A stretch of 64,000 nt of DNA from an uncultured Chloroflexia bacterium (lineage in GTDB: Bacteria > Chloroflexota > Chloroflexia > QHBQ01 > JADMIH01). Position numbers and translations under genes: made by a program. The notes under the pieces were generated by a model. The model worked only from the letters and a program-made list of their open reading frames with translations. It made no database searches and was not told where the DNA came from. Of the stretch, positions 48,127 to 58,500 are shown in pieces; the first letter of the stretch is position 1, and every line of letters begins with the position of its first letter. The stretch spans positions 544,001 through 608,000 of the forward strand of contig CAWCNY010000004.1 in the NCBI GenBank assembly GCA_963797095.1. The letters are read 5' to 3'.

Positions 48127-49752
48127 TCACTCGCGCTTGTACAGCCGGTAATTCTCTTTATCCGCAACCAGGTGCCATTCGGGCAAACTTTCCAATATTT
48201 CGAGGCCCGTCTTGTCCCCCAGTTTGTTGGCATCCACACTCAGGGCCTGCGCACTGGTGTCAACGAGGATGTAATCGAGATCCACATAGTCCGAGCGGGT
48301 ATGCAGGTCGGAGAAGTTATAGGGCGAGTAAGGAGCGGGCGGGAAGTTGTAGATGTAGCGCCGAGGCAACAGATGAGGCGCGGGGAAGGAACTTACGGCC
48401 ACCTTCGCATCGCGGGGGATCATGCTGGTTAGCTCATTGGCGGCGGCTATGCGGGCCGCAGGTTCGGGGAAGAGGAAGGCGCGCACGGCAGGATTCTTGA
48501 AAGGCACCTGCATGATCAGGCCCCACCCGACCACGCCAAGCGCCAGCCAGAAAGGAGCACGCGATATTCGCGCCTGATTGGACGAAGTATCGTCTCGCAA
48601 CCGCCGTTTCGACAGCCATTTCATAACATTGTCACCACCATACACGGCAGCGGCCATAATACCTGGGATCAAAAGCAGGCTGTAGTGGTGCTGGTAATCA
48701 TACTGCGCTTCGCGGGTGGAAAGGAGATTCAGAGCCAGTATTGGCAGGCTAAGCACCAAAGGACGTGCGCTCAGTAGCGGGAGAAAGAGCACCGGCAGGA
48801 GAAGCGCGATCATATAGCCGATCTTATCAGGGGTAAAGATCAGTTGCGCGGTATCCACCGGGTGGCTGACCACGTTCCAGACGATCTCAGGCCCGGTCCT
48901 CCCCAGGTGTCCGTAATAAGCCAGTTGCGGGTTGATGCCACACGGCCAGCACTGCATCGGGTCGTCAATCGGGCCAGAGGGTGGAGTGAACGCGCCGGGG
49001 TAGGCAAACGCAGGCACGAGCACAAACGTCGCCAGCGCGAAATACGCGCCACCTATCACCAACGGCGCGACCACCTGCGGCCACTTCCTGCGAGTCAGCA
49101 AGCCGTATATCCCGAACATAATGACCACGAAAGCCACATCGCTACGGGCAAGCATGGCGACGAAGGCGCACAGCCAGAAGAGTTTCCAGTTGCCCTTTTC
49201 GTAGAAGTAGAAGGCAAAGAGCAGAAGCGTAACCGAAAATAGCCTAACTTGAAATGGGTTGAGCACACCATGAAGCAGCACAGGGTAAAGCAGGTAAGCC
49301 AGCCCGAAGCCAAGCCCTGCCGTCTTGCTGCCCAATCGATCGCGGGCCAGCCAGTAGAGAGGGAGCGCGCCCAGGGCCGCCCCAACTATCTGAAGGAAGA
49401 AAAGGGTATGCGCGGAAGGGAGTATCGCGTAGAAAGGTACGAAGAAGAAGAGCATCGGCATCCAGTCCATGCCGAACACCGAGCCTGTGAAGTTGAAGCG
49501 CGAGTCCTCCATGATGTGGCCCTGGGTGGTGTTCCAGATAGCCTGCTCGAAATCGACCTGGTCGTAGCCCTGCCCGTAGGTCTCGTACTTATAGACGCTC
49601 GCGACGAAGATCAGGGCGATCCAGAGCACAATGGCAAGCACAAGCAAGCGAGGCGCTTGAGCTTCGAGCCATTGCAGCAAGGCCGAAAGGCGATCTCTTG
49701 GGGCCGCCTGCTCAGCCGAACGTGGTTCCGCGCTAGCTGTCGCGCCCGCCAC
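48127..49752 (-). CDS. DUF2079-like membrane protein (GT-C fold)
   Basis: YDQVDFEQAIWNT..G, LFFLQ, YxHHY; AAGGAG RBS before GTG 49752. Confidence 0.8.
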   Translation of the reverse strand: MAGATASAEPRSAEQAAPRDRLSALLQWLEAQAPRLLVLAIVLWIALIFVASVYKYETYGQGYDQVDFEQAIWNTTQGHIMEDSRFNFTGSVFGMDWMPMLFFFVPFYAILPSAHTLFFLQIVGAALGALPLYWLARDRLGSKTAGLGFGLAYLLYPVLLHGVLNPFQVRLFSVTLLLFAFYFYEKGNWKLFWLCAFVAMLARSDVAFVVIMFGIYGLLTRRKWPQVVAPLVIGGAYFALATFVLVPAFAYPGAFTPPSGPIDDPMQCWPCGINPQLAYYGHLGRTGPEIVWNVVSHPVDTAQLIFTPDKIGYMIALLLPVLFLPLLSARPLVLSLPILALNLLSTREAQYDYQHHYSLLLIPGIMAAAVYGGDNVMKWLSKRRLRDDTSSNQARISRAPFWLALGVVGWGLIMQVPFKNPAVRAFLFPEPAARIAAANELTSMIPRDAKVAVSSFPAPHLLPRRYIYNFPPAPYSPYNFSDLHTRSDYVDLDYILVDTSAQALSVDANKLGDKTGLEILESLPEWHLVADKENYRLYKRE

Positions 49753-50530
49753 CTGCGGTCTCCTTATCAAAGGGGCGTTGAAGCACGCACACCACCGACA
49801 ATCCAAACGGCAGCCTGGCCCGCCTGAGGAAGTTCGCTTCCAACCCGTAATACCCGACAAGCGCGCTGTTGAGCGGCCCCGGCAGCGTAATGAAGTCGCT
49901 CTCAGGATCGCTAGCATTACCTGAGCGGCGAGCGGCTTTCAAGAGGAGGCTTTTGACCGCCCGCACCGTCACGGCGGGCACGAGAATGACGGCGTTGCTG
50001 TAGCTCACCTTGCGAACATTGAACCCCGCGCGCCTGGCAACCTCCGTCATCATGCGCGTTGTGTAACGGCGTCGGTGGCCCAGGATGTCGTCCCAGTAAG
50101 TCCACAGAAACTTGTAAGCGGGCACGCTTACAATGAGCAATCCTCCAGGCTTCATCACCCGATATAGCTCCCGCAGAGCAACGAGATCATCATCCAGGTG
50201 CTCGATAACGTCGAGAGCGGTTGCGATATCGAAATACCGGTCCGCGAATGGAAGGTGAGCCGCGTCGGCCTTGCACAGGCGCTTGTGGCCCCGCGCGCGG
50301 CAGAAGTCGAGCGCTTCCTCCACATAGTCGGTGCCGGTGGCCCTGGCATACCGCTCCAGGTGGTCAAGGTTGAGGCCGGTGCCGCACCCCAGGTCGAGGG
50401 CGCGGCGGTTCGCCGGGTTGCCCTTCGGCAGATAGCGGCGTAGCAGGCTATAAACGATCCTGCGCTTGCCTATGTGCCACCAGTGGGTGTGCTCTTTGTC
50501 GTAGAGGTCTCTGTAAAGGTCTTGTCTCAT
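49733..50530 (-). CDS. class I SAM methyltransferase
   Basis: E..HWW..G.R, LDLGCGTG, DVIEH, VPAY..LW..WD...GH.RRY. Confidence 0.92.
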   Translation of the reverse strand: MRQDLYRDLYDKEHTHWWHIGKRRIVYSLLRRYLPKGNPANRRALDLGCGTGLNLDHLERYARATGTDYVEEALDFCRARGHKRLCKADAAHLPFADRYFDIATALDVIEHLDDDLVALRELYRVMKPGGLLIVSVPAYKFLWTYWDDILGHRRRYTTRMMTEVARRAGFNVRKVSYSNAVILVPAVTVRAVKSLLLKAARRSGNASDPESDFITLPGPLNSALVGYYGLEANFLRRARLPFGLSVVCVLQRPFDKETAGGGRDS

Positions 50531-50566
50531 TCTGAGTGGGAGTTCCTGGTGCCTTGTTCCTCGTTC

Positions 50567-52559
50567 TTAGTGGTATCTAGTGTAGATCAGATCGATCCAG
50601 AACGTGAGCATTTGCAATAGTGCGGCTGAGAGGGCCAGGGCTGCAAGCCTGGAAGCCCACTTCCGGCGTGCTATCAGCAGAGCAAGAAAGCGCCCGGCAA
50701 GGAGGGCTATGGGAGCAGCCGCCAAATAGTACCACCGAACTGAATCGCCCACTACCCTATCGAGCAGGGCAAAGATCAGAGCAGCACCCAGCCAGGAATA
50801 AAGCAAGGCGCGAGCCGCAGCAGGCAGGCGAGATAGAAACGCGGAGCCGAACCCTGCCGGTATCACGAGCAACCCACCGGAGAGTTGTACCACCTTGCCG
50901 GGCAGTTTCAGCAGGCCATCCACGAAGCCGGGCTGTCCGGTGGTTGGCGTGGCGGAAGCCGGTTGACGGCCCGTAAGCTTGCCCAACACATCGGCAATCT
51001 GGCCCCACATCACATCCAGAAAACGCCAGTAATAGACCGCGAAGCTTGCCGCCAACGCCGCACCGGAGGCTCCAACGACAGCCCAGGCAGGCTCCATTGG
51101 AGCAGGCGATTTACGAAGGGTGGAGACTATTAACCAGAACAAGTAAATCAGCATAATTCCGAGCGTAGCCAACATCATACCGTAGTGCCCAAGCATCGTC
51201 AAGAAGAAGCCGGCCGACAGCAAAACGGTGGCTGCCCACCTTGAAGTCTTGCCTGCAGTCAAATAGACAAGCGCACCAAGCAGAGTGAGATTTTGCACGC
51301 TCTGGCCGAACAGATTGGTGTAGTTTCCAGCCGAGAATAGATCGAGCACGCCCGATGAAGCGAGGTACGCGAAAGCGGCAACAGGCCCGATCAGGCGTCC
51401 TTGCCTGGGCCAAAGCCGGATCGCGGCCCAAACAAGCGCCAGGCAAGCGAGAGCATCGAGCAGCGAGGATGTCCACTTGAGGGCAAGGCTTAGGCCCTCG
51501 TCGGACGTGCCCGTGATCGGCGCGACAACAGCAAGCAGCAGGTAGTAGGCGGGAGGGTAGGGGACGAGCCTTCCATCCGGAAGAGGCTCCGTAAATACCC
51601 ATGTGCCTCGGAGCAATACGTCCTGCGCATTGTGTGCGTGCAGGATGATGTCGCTCGTCAAGAACTGGGGATAAGTAAGCCCGCCGAACCGCACCACGAA
51701 AGCCACAGCAAAAGCAAGCGTGCCCCAGGTGATTGCGCTTCGGGGCGCGCGCGCGTCACGTCCGATAAGGGCGGTCAGAAGCAGGCGAGCCGGCACAGCA
51801 AGTAGGAGTGTCCACGCAAAAAGTGAAGGAAGACTTGGCGCGAGCAGAGCGGTGTCGGGGCGGGCAAAGAGGATGCCCAACGCGGCAAGCAAAGCCACAA
51901 GCCACATCGTAGCAAGAGCAATCGAGCGACGCAGCCCGGACACAATAAACAGCAGATATGAGCCTGCCAACCCGAGGAGAAGGACAAGGAGCGTAACGAG
52001 CGATGGAATAACAGGCGGGCGCAAACCGTAGTCGGCGGGCCGCACACTCACGCTCCGTATAATCACGCCATGCTCGCGTGGGTCGGTGGGTGTCGTAAAG
52101 GTGGGCACATGGATCGCCAGCTTGAAATCCCCGTCGGTCGAACTCGTTGCCACGGTCGAAGAAGAAGGTGTCGGAGTGCTCGCCGGCCTGCGTTTGGAGC
52201 GTTACCGTCGTGCCGCGCGCCATCAACTCGATCTGAGGCGGCTCGGCATCTGGCCGCGCACCGATAGTGTTGATGGTCACCTCGACAGGCTCGTTGCCGA
52301 TGCCGGGAAGCACAATCTGAGGGTCGCCCATGCTCCACCGATACTTAAATGGTGGCTCGGTGGCGCTGATCTCAGGCTCGTTGAACCCGGAGATGTAGGG
52401 TTGGTAAAGCCTGTCCGCTATATCTATTGAGTAGTCCTGCTTGTACTGGTAGGCCCCTGCCCACAGGACCAGGGCAAGAGCCAGCGATACATAGAATCGA
52501 GGCTCACGGAGGCCACGTACCACGTCATTCAAGAGGGACGTGAAAAATGCACCCACCAT
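50567..52559 (-). pseudogene. GT-C-like membrane protein, frameshifted by a 4-bp duplication
   Basis: Paralog of the 52677..54758 product. GTCG-GTCG at 52133-52140 splits it into two ORFs, and removing one copy restores F-D-G-D-F-K. Confidence 0.8.
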
Positions 52560-52676
52560 CAACTGCTTGCCCCCACCGGACGCCCGGTCCAGCACAACGG
52601 CTCCCACAAAGCGCCTATGATAGTCCGCGTCCAGGCGGCGGTAAGCCATATGCGCTGCGAGGTAGTTAGGGCTGCG

Positions 52677-54758
52677 CTATTTGAGGCCATAGTTGATCCT
52701 GAATTGCCATAGAAATAGGGCCGACAGGGTGAAGAACACCAACAGCAATAGAGACAGGTAGCGCCCCCACCGCCCACGATCCCAGAAACGCGACAGCAGT
52801 ATCCCGGTGCCAAGCGCGACCACAGGCAGCGCGAACAATGAATAGCGCACATACAGGTTGAACGCCCACCCGACCAGGGCAAACAGTATCACGGCACGCG
52901 CCCACACCAGGGCAGCGATGCGAAGGCGATGTATGGGTGCGATTGCGTCTGTAGGGAACGAGCGCAGGCGGACCGGCGCGACGACCAGGAATCCGAAGAA
53001 GGCGCCAACCAGGGGCCACGTCTTGAAGTAGGCCCAGAACTCGCTCCACAAACCCTGCAAGCCCCCCCAGAACCAATCCCCTACCGTGTGCACCTCACGT
53101 ATGACCAGCCCCAACGAGCGATCGTTGACCGCGCCACCCACCAGCACATTCATGCCGGATGTGCCGCTTGCGTCCTGCCCTCCCGACGAACTGCCGATAT
53201 CGGCGAAGGTTTCAAGCATGGTGGGCACGATGTTGTAGAAATAGACTGCATACGCAACGATAGCGGCAATTACGACAGCGGCGGCCAATTGGTAGGAACG
53301 GACCCGCAACGTGGACCTACGACCCCCGCCCGAAAGGAACCAGAATATCGCTGTTAGGCCAATGGCAACCAATAGGATGGCGAGCACCGCCGGGTGGCTC
53401 AAGAGGCCAATAGTCAGCAATGCCGTGAGCAGCCAGAATGCTGGCCGTCGCGGGCTAAGGTCGGGCGCGAGCACGAACACGGTGAAGATAAGAAGCACGA
53501 AGAACTCGGCAAACACATTGGTGGTGAGGCCCCAGGAAAAGATCAGCACCGCTATCGGCAAGGTGACGTAAAGCGTAGCTGCAATAATTCCGGCCCGCGC
53601 ATCGCGCACCGCTGCCACGCAGATCAGGTAGACAAGGAAGGCCCCTGCCGTGCTGAGTGCAACAGTAAAGAGGCGCACAGCCAGCGGAATGTCAGGCACA
53701 AGCCATTGCATGGGCATCATGAAGATGTAGGCCGTCATCGGGTAGAACGTGTCGCGCCCCGCAAGCTCGGACGCCACGTGCATGAAGATCAATTTCCCCG
53801 CCTGCGCGTCCTCGAACCGGTGTACATGATAAAAGAGGTCCACAATGAAGATTTGAGGGTGCAGTTGCCCGGCCAGCCGCACTGCGAACGCTAAGAAGAC
53901 CAGCGTCAGGAGGGCGCGGAAGTAGAGGGCAGAAGCAGGTCGTCGAGCGGCAATCAAGGCAGGGAGCCTGCGCAAGAGCCAGCCGCCAATCAACCATACC
54001 AGTGCGGTAAAAATGGCAGCAGCTGCCAGGGCCTGCGGCCAGATCGCGTACCATGTGCCCGATGTGATCCACAGCCGGTCCCACACCAGGAATCCCGCCG
54101 CCAGCACCGAAACAGCGCTCGCCCCCAGCACCACACCTCCCACACCCCAACCTAGCAGGGCAAGCACAAGCCCAAACAGGGCAGCAGCCAGCACAAGCGT
54201 CCACAACACAGCGAAGGGAGGCGGAATGAAGCGGTCGGGGTTGGGACCCGGCTGCACATGAATGCTCGTCAACACGACCCCCAGAACACGCGGGTCACCG
54301 GGCGGCGAGAAGCCATTGGATAGTAGATGCAACGAGAGCGTGCCATCGCGCACCCTGTCGCGGGGCACCGAGATGTGATAATCGGTCAGATCAGGCGCGG
54401 GTTGGACATCCAGCAGAGTCTCACCATCTGTTTCCACCCGCAAGGTAGCCTGAGGTTGGCTCTCCGGGCGGCTGCCGCTGAGGGTGAGTGTAACATCAAA
54501 GTCCTGGGTGCCAACCCCCTCCAATAAGATGTACGAATCGTCGCTCGTCCATCTGAAGGTCTGCGATTGGTCGCCTTGCATGCGCTCCCCGGCGTTGAAC
54601 CCCTGGAGCACTGGCCCGTCAATAGGCGAGCCTACTACAATGTCATAGCTCGGACGGCCCTGGTACGCCGCCACCACCAACAGAGCGGCGATCAGAGCGC
54701 CCAGGTAGATGCCAGGGTTTGCGAGACGCCGCAACAACGCGGCCACGACTGCCCTCAT
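52677..54758 (-). CDS. GT-C-like membrane protein with N-terminal extracytoplasmic beta domain
   Basis: HPQ....D..YH.HR, YPM.AY and many TM helices; ATGA overlap with the upstream gene. Confidence 0.75.
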   Translation of the reverse strand: MRAVVAALLRRLANPGIYLGALIAALLVVAAYQGRPSYDIVVGSPIDGPVLQGFNAGERMQGDQSQTFRWTSDDSYILLEGVGTQDFDVTLTLSGSRPESQPQATLRVETDGETLLDVQPAPDLTDYHISVPRDRVRDGTLSLHLLSNGFSPPGDPRVLGVVLTSIHVQPGPNPDRFIPPPFAVLWTLVLAAALFGLVLALLGWGVGGVVLGASAVSVLAAGFLVWDRLWITSGTWYAIWPQALAAAAIFTALVWLIGGWLLRRLPALIAARRPASALYFRALLTLVFLAFAVRLAGQLHPQIFIVDLFYHVHRFEDAQAGKLIFMHVASELAGRDTFYPMTAYIFMMPMQWLVPDIPLAVRLFTVALSTAGAFLVYLICVAAVRDARAGIIAATLYVTLPIAVLIFSWGLTTNVFAEFFVLLIFTVFVLAPDLSPRRPAFWLLTALLTIGLLSHPAVLAILLVAIGLTAIFWFLSGGGRRSTLRVRSYQLAAAVVIAAIVAYAVYFYNIVPTMLETFADIGSSSGGQDASGTSGMNVLVGGAVNDRSLGLVIREVHTVGDWFWGGLQGLWSEFWAYFKTWPLVGAFFGFLVVAPVRLRSFPTDAIAPIHRLRIAALVWARAVILFALVGWAFNLYVRYSLFALPVVALGTGILLSRFWDRGRWGRYLSLLLLVFFTLSALFLWQFRINYGLK

Positions 54759-57001
54759 GGTGCGCTTTGCGCCTCGTTGGCGTGGGCAGCGTCCGGTGCC
54801 GACTTGTAGATCGACACAAATTCGTTCGACCAGATGAGATTGTCCGCACTGTACCCGTAAGTGGCCGGGTCGTCCTGCGCCCACAAAATGGCGTAATCGG
54901 GCCTGTTGGCCGGGTCGTAGGGCTTGATTTCCTGTCCAAAGCTCAGGCGGCTATCACCATACTGCGGGTGATCTCGCAACAGCCACCCGAGCGCCGCCAG
55001 GTAGCCGCCGCTCACCCGCGCTGCCGTGTTGCCGCTGATGATAGGGTCCCTGGCGGGATCATCAAACAGGATGGAGGCCCCGGCAGGGATGACGTTGGTC
55101 AGGCCCGACACCGGGCGCGGCTCCAGGAAGTAAACGCGATCTGAGCCGAAATCCTGCACCTTGATGAAGTCGTCCACCACCTTGGCGACCGGGTTGGTGG
55201 CGCGCCATTCGAAATCGGTAAGCTGTGGGCCGCTCAGGTCGTCCAGGTGCACAACTACATATGTAACATCGAGCATCCTCAGCACATCGAGGCTGCGAGG
55301 GCACGGGAAGCAGTCTGTAGTTTCGAGCACCACCGCCGAATATGCATATGGGCGTATGCTGGTGCTGGCGTTGATCATGTCGTCCCAATGGTAAACACTG
55401 TAATATTGGTTAGTGTTTTCCATCCAAACATTCGGATCCCCCGGTTTGTAGTAGACCATCGGATATTCCACTATGGTGGTATGAGGCTGCTCCCCCAACC
55501 AGGTGTACACCGGAGGCACAGCCGAGCGCGTGCCAACGGGCGACATAGTTATGGGCGCGCTCCAGCTCTCGGTGATCGGTAACAGCGCCAGCAGGATGCC
55601 AATGGCTGGTACAAGCCAGCGTTGCCGCCTTATGGAAAATGCAGGGCGGTCGTGCAGCCAGCGCAGAATGTAGAACGCCCCGAATCCCGCCAGCACGGCC
55701 AATGCGAACGAGGTCAGCACTTCGATGCGCGTCACTACGCGCATGCTCTGGAAGCCCGGTACCCACTCATAAAGCAGGTAGTAAGGGAGAGGCATGATCC
55801 CATGAATAGCGTTCGGATCGTAGTTATCCGTAGCATAAGTAACTTGCAGGGTGGGACCCAAAGACAGGATGGCGGTAACTATAACAATAATCGCGTAGAA
55901 GATAGCGTGCTTGCGCAATGAGGTTCGAGGCGTAAGAGACCCGACGACCTCAGAGGTCGGCCGGGAGCGCCCAAAGACCCCGACCAGCGCCAACGCAAGC
56001 GTAAATAGGCCGGGGAAAGCCGCGCGCTCGATGAACCAGGGGCCGGGGTCAGCGAACGGAGCCAGCAGGTTCTTCAGGATCGGGTTGCCCCGGTAAACAG
56101 CCAGGAAGCTGGTCAGGGTGTTGGAGAAGCGCTCAGTCTCGAACAGGTCGCGGCTGAAATCCTGGCCGTTCTGCAGCAGCACATACGGCACCAGGATTGG
56201 GAGCATGAGTATAGCTGATACACCCAGCCCCGCCGCCAGTTGCCCGACGACACGCCACGAGAAAAGCCGTCTCTCAAACAGAAAGTAGTAGGCGAAGAAG
56301 AGGCCGATAAGCATCGCCGTGTAGAACGCGAGATAGTGTCCCGACAGCGCCTGCAGCGTAAAGAGCGCGCAGATCGTCCATGCCCAGCGCCACCGGCCCG
56401 TCCACAGCAGCTTGTACGAGCAAAGAAGGATAAATGGCAAATACTGCACATTGATCAGCGTCTGGTGTGGAAGGTGGTTAAGCCGGTAGAAGCAAAACGC
56501 GAAAGCCGCGCCTGCCACGAACCCCGCCCACCCATTGCCCGTAAGCTCGCGCACAAGCAGCCACATCCCGTAGCCGGAGAAGACGAAAGTCAGGAACAAC
56601 AGAGCATTGTGACTCAGCACAGGATTCCCGCTAATCCAGTAGAGTGGTCCCGCGATAACCGCCTGCGAGAAGGAAAGTTCGTCAAAAGCAAGTGTGCCCT
56701 TGAACGGGTACATTATATTGGCGTCGAAAAGGTGCAGAGGGTCGGTGGCGAGAGCATGTGCCTGCCACGCCATCGCCCACACGCTGTAAAGTGGATCGCC
56801 CTTATCGATCACATAACCGCCCAGTTGGGGCAGCAGGGGCCACGTAACAACCGTAGTCAGAAGCGTGAACGCGCCAATAACGGCAAGATGGAGGCCGATT
56901 GGTCGCAGCCTCCTCCCTCCTGAGGGCACGTCATCCGGTGCCACCTTCGGCACTTCTTCAGAAACAGCGGGTTGTTCGATCTGGTCCAGCATTGTTGCCA
57001 C
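54755..57001 (-). CDS. YfhO/GT-C-like membrane glycosyltransferase
   Basis: GDPLY..W...W, FDANI.YP...TLAF.E, LSLGP, PGF.SMRV..R. Confidence 0.78.
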   Translation of the reverse strand: MATMLDQIEQPAVSEEVPKVAPDDVPSGGRRLRPIGLHLAVIGAFTLLTTVVTWPLLPQLGGYVIDKGDPLYSVWAMAWQAHALATDPLHLFDANIMYPFKGTLAFDELSFSQAVIAGPLYWISGNPVLSHNALLFLTFVFSGYGMWLLVRELTGNGWAGFVAGAAFAFCFYRLNHLPHQTLINVQYLPFILLCSYKLLWTGRWRWAWTICALFTLQALSGHYLAFYTAMLIGLFFAYYFLFERRLFSWRVVGQLAAGLGVSAILMLPILVPYVLLQNGQDFSRDLFETERFSNTLTSFLAVYRGNPILKNLLAPFADPGPWFIERAAFPGLFTLALALVGVFGRSRPTSEVVGSLTPRTSLRKHAIFYAIIVIVTAILSLGPTLQVTYATDNYDPNAIHGIMPLPYYLLYEWVPGFQSMRVVTRIEVLTSFALAVLAGFGAFYILRWLHDRPAFSIRRQRWLVPAIGILLALLPITESWSAPITMSPVGTRSAVPPVYTWLGEQPHTTIVEYPMVYYKPGDPNVWMENTNQYYSVYHWDDMINASTSIRPYAYSAVVLETTDCFPCPRSLDVLRMLDVTYVVVHLDDLSGPQLTDFEWRATNPVAKVVDDFIKVQDFGSDRVYFLEPRPVSGLTNVIPAGASILFDDPARDPIISGNTAARVSGGYLAALGWLLRDHPQYGDSRLSFGQEIKPYDPANRPDYAILWAQDDPATYGYSADNLIWSNEFVSIYKSAPDAAHANEAQSAP

Positions 57002-57004
57002 GGA

Positions 57005-58222
57005 TTAGAGCCGCTCGCGCACTCGCGAAAGCACCTGAGTGAGGGTGCGTGCCCCTTTCTCCCAGCTGTAATGTGTCTTGATATAGTGGGCACCCGCGAG
57101 CCCCATCGTCTGGGCGCGAGCGGGGTTTGCCCACAGGTCAGCAATCGAGCGGCCCAGGGCCTCAGGCGTCGGCTCGACCAGGTGCCCGCTGATCCCATCA
57201 AGCACGGTATCACACGGCCCGCCCTCATTCACCGATACCACAGGCAAGCCCAACGCCAGAGCCTCGATCACCGACAGGCCGAAGCTCTCCTCCCTGCCTG
57301 TGTGAACATAAACATCGGCCAGGGCGTAGTGCGCAGGCAGCTCCTTTTCAGGAACACTCCCCGCGAAGATCACATCCTTGCCAACCTCCATGCAAAGCTC
57401 CTCTGCCAGCGAGCGCAGATATTCGCGCTCAGGCCCCTCACCTACCACAAGTGCCGTACCGCCCGGTGTCAATTGTGCGCCATATCGGACCGCCCGCAGG
57501 AACAAATCCACACGCTTTCTGGGGTGCAAATGGTTTACCGTGACGGCAACCCGCTCACTCGGCAGGCCATAACGGGCACGAAGGGCCTCCACCTGCGACG
57601 GATCTGGGCGCAAAAAATCGACCCCGTGCTCTATGACAGTGGCGGGCCGTCCGTATGCTTCCTTGATCTTGCGCAAGCCGAACGGGCTATTGGATAGCAC
57701 CCGGTGGGCAGAGCGCACCATACGCCGGTCAATCAACCTGTAGAGAGCAAACGCGGGTCGAAGCAACCCACCCAGCGACCCGAGTCTCGCCACGATATCC
57801 TCCGTGTCCCGATAAATGAATCGAGGAGGTTCATAGCAGAAGTAGAGGACAGGCACGCGTTTGCCCACCAGAGGCAAGAGCAACCGGCGCGAGAACCACA
57901 TCGCAGGCACGCTGGGAGGCCCGAAGAAGATCACCCCATCAAGCGCCGGCCGGGGCATCCTGAGCGCCAGCGTCGGACCCAGCGCGTACTCAATGGCCGC
58001 GTCCAGGTAGTGATTGCCCGTCAGGTCGAGAGGCCAACCTGTCTCAATGAGGCGCACGCAGGGCGAAAGAGCGGAACGACAATCGGTGGCGAGGTGGTGG
58101 GTGAGAAGGACCACATCGGCATCCGGACCGAGGGTCCGGGCGGTGTAGTCGGCAAGCTTGAGGATGAGCCTTTCGGCCCCGGTCAATTTCTTGATCTGCG
58201 GGTAGAAGAAGACCAGCGTCAA
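57005..58222 (-). CDS. glycosyltransferase family 4
   Basis: TGAERL, HLHPRKR and EESFGLSVIEALALG. Start re-picked. Confidence 0.9.
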   Translation of the reverse strand: MTLVFFYPQIKKLTGAERLILKLADYTARTLGPDADVVLLTHHLATDCRSALSPCVRLIETGWPLDLTGNHYLDAAIEYALGPTLALRMPRPALDGVIFFGPPSVPAMWFSRRLLLPLVGKRVPVLYFCYEPPRFIYRDTEDIVARLGSLGGLLRPAFALYRLIDRRMVRSAHRVLSNSPFGLRKIKEAYGRPATVIEHGVDFLRPDPSQVEALRARYGLPSERVAVTVNHLHPRKRVDLFLRAVRYGAQLTPGGTALVVGEGPEREYLRSLAEELCMEVGKDVIFAGSVPEKELPAHYALADVYVHTGREESFGLSVIEALALGLPVVSVNEGGPCDTVLDGISGHLVEPTPEALGRSIADLWANPARAQTMGLAGAHYIKTHYSWEKGARTLTQVLSRVRERL

Positions 58223-58224
58223 AG

Positions 58225-58440
58225 CTATGCCCCGGACCCCGCCCCCGCCTCTGAGGCAGGCATCTCCGCCTCTTCGATAATCATAATCGGGATACCGTCG
58301 CGGACCAGGTACGCGCGTCCGCACTGCTCGCAAACGAGCTTGTTGCCCTCAGGGTGAACTTTTGCCCTGTCCAACGGGCACACCAGTATCTCAAGCAATG
58401 TATCGGGAAGGTCTGCCGCCGAGGTCTCTTTTCCTGTCAT
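58225..58440 (-). CDS. Trm112-family protein
   Basis: LLEILVCP.D...LVC..CGRAY.VRDGIP.M; GGAGG RBS. Confidence 0.9.
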   Translation of the reverse strand: MTGKETSAADLPDTLLEILVCPLDRAKVHPEGNKLVCEQCGRAYLVRDGIPIMIIEEAEMPASEAGAGSGA

Positions 58441-58500
58441 TCTTTCCTCCTGCCTGTGTGTGGCCCAAAAGCCTTGGGCGTGCTTCGACCACCGTAGCCG

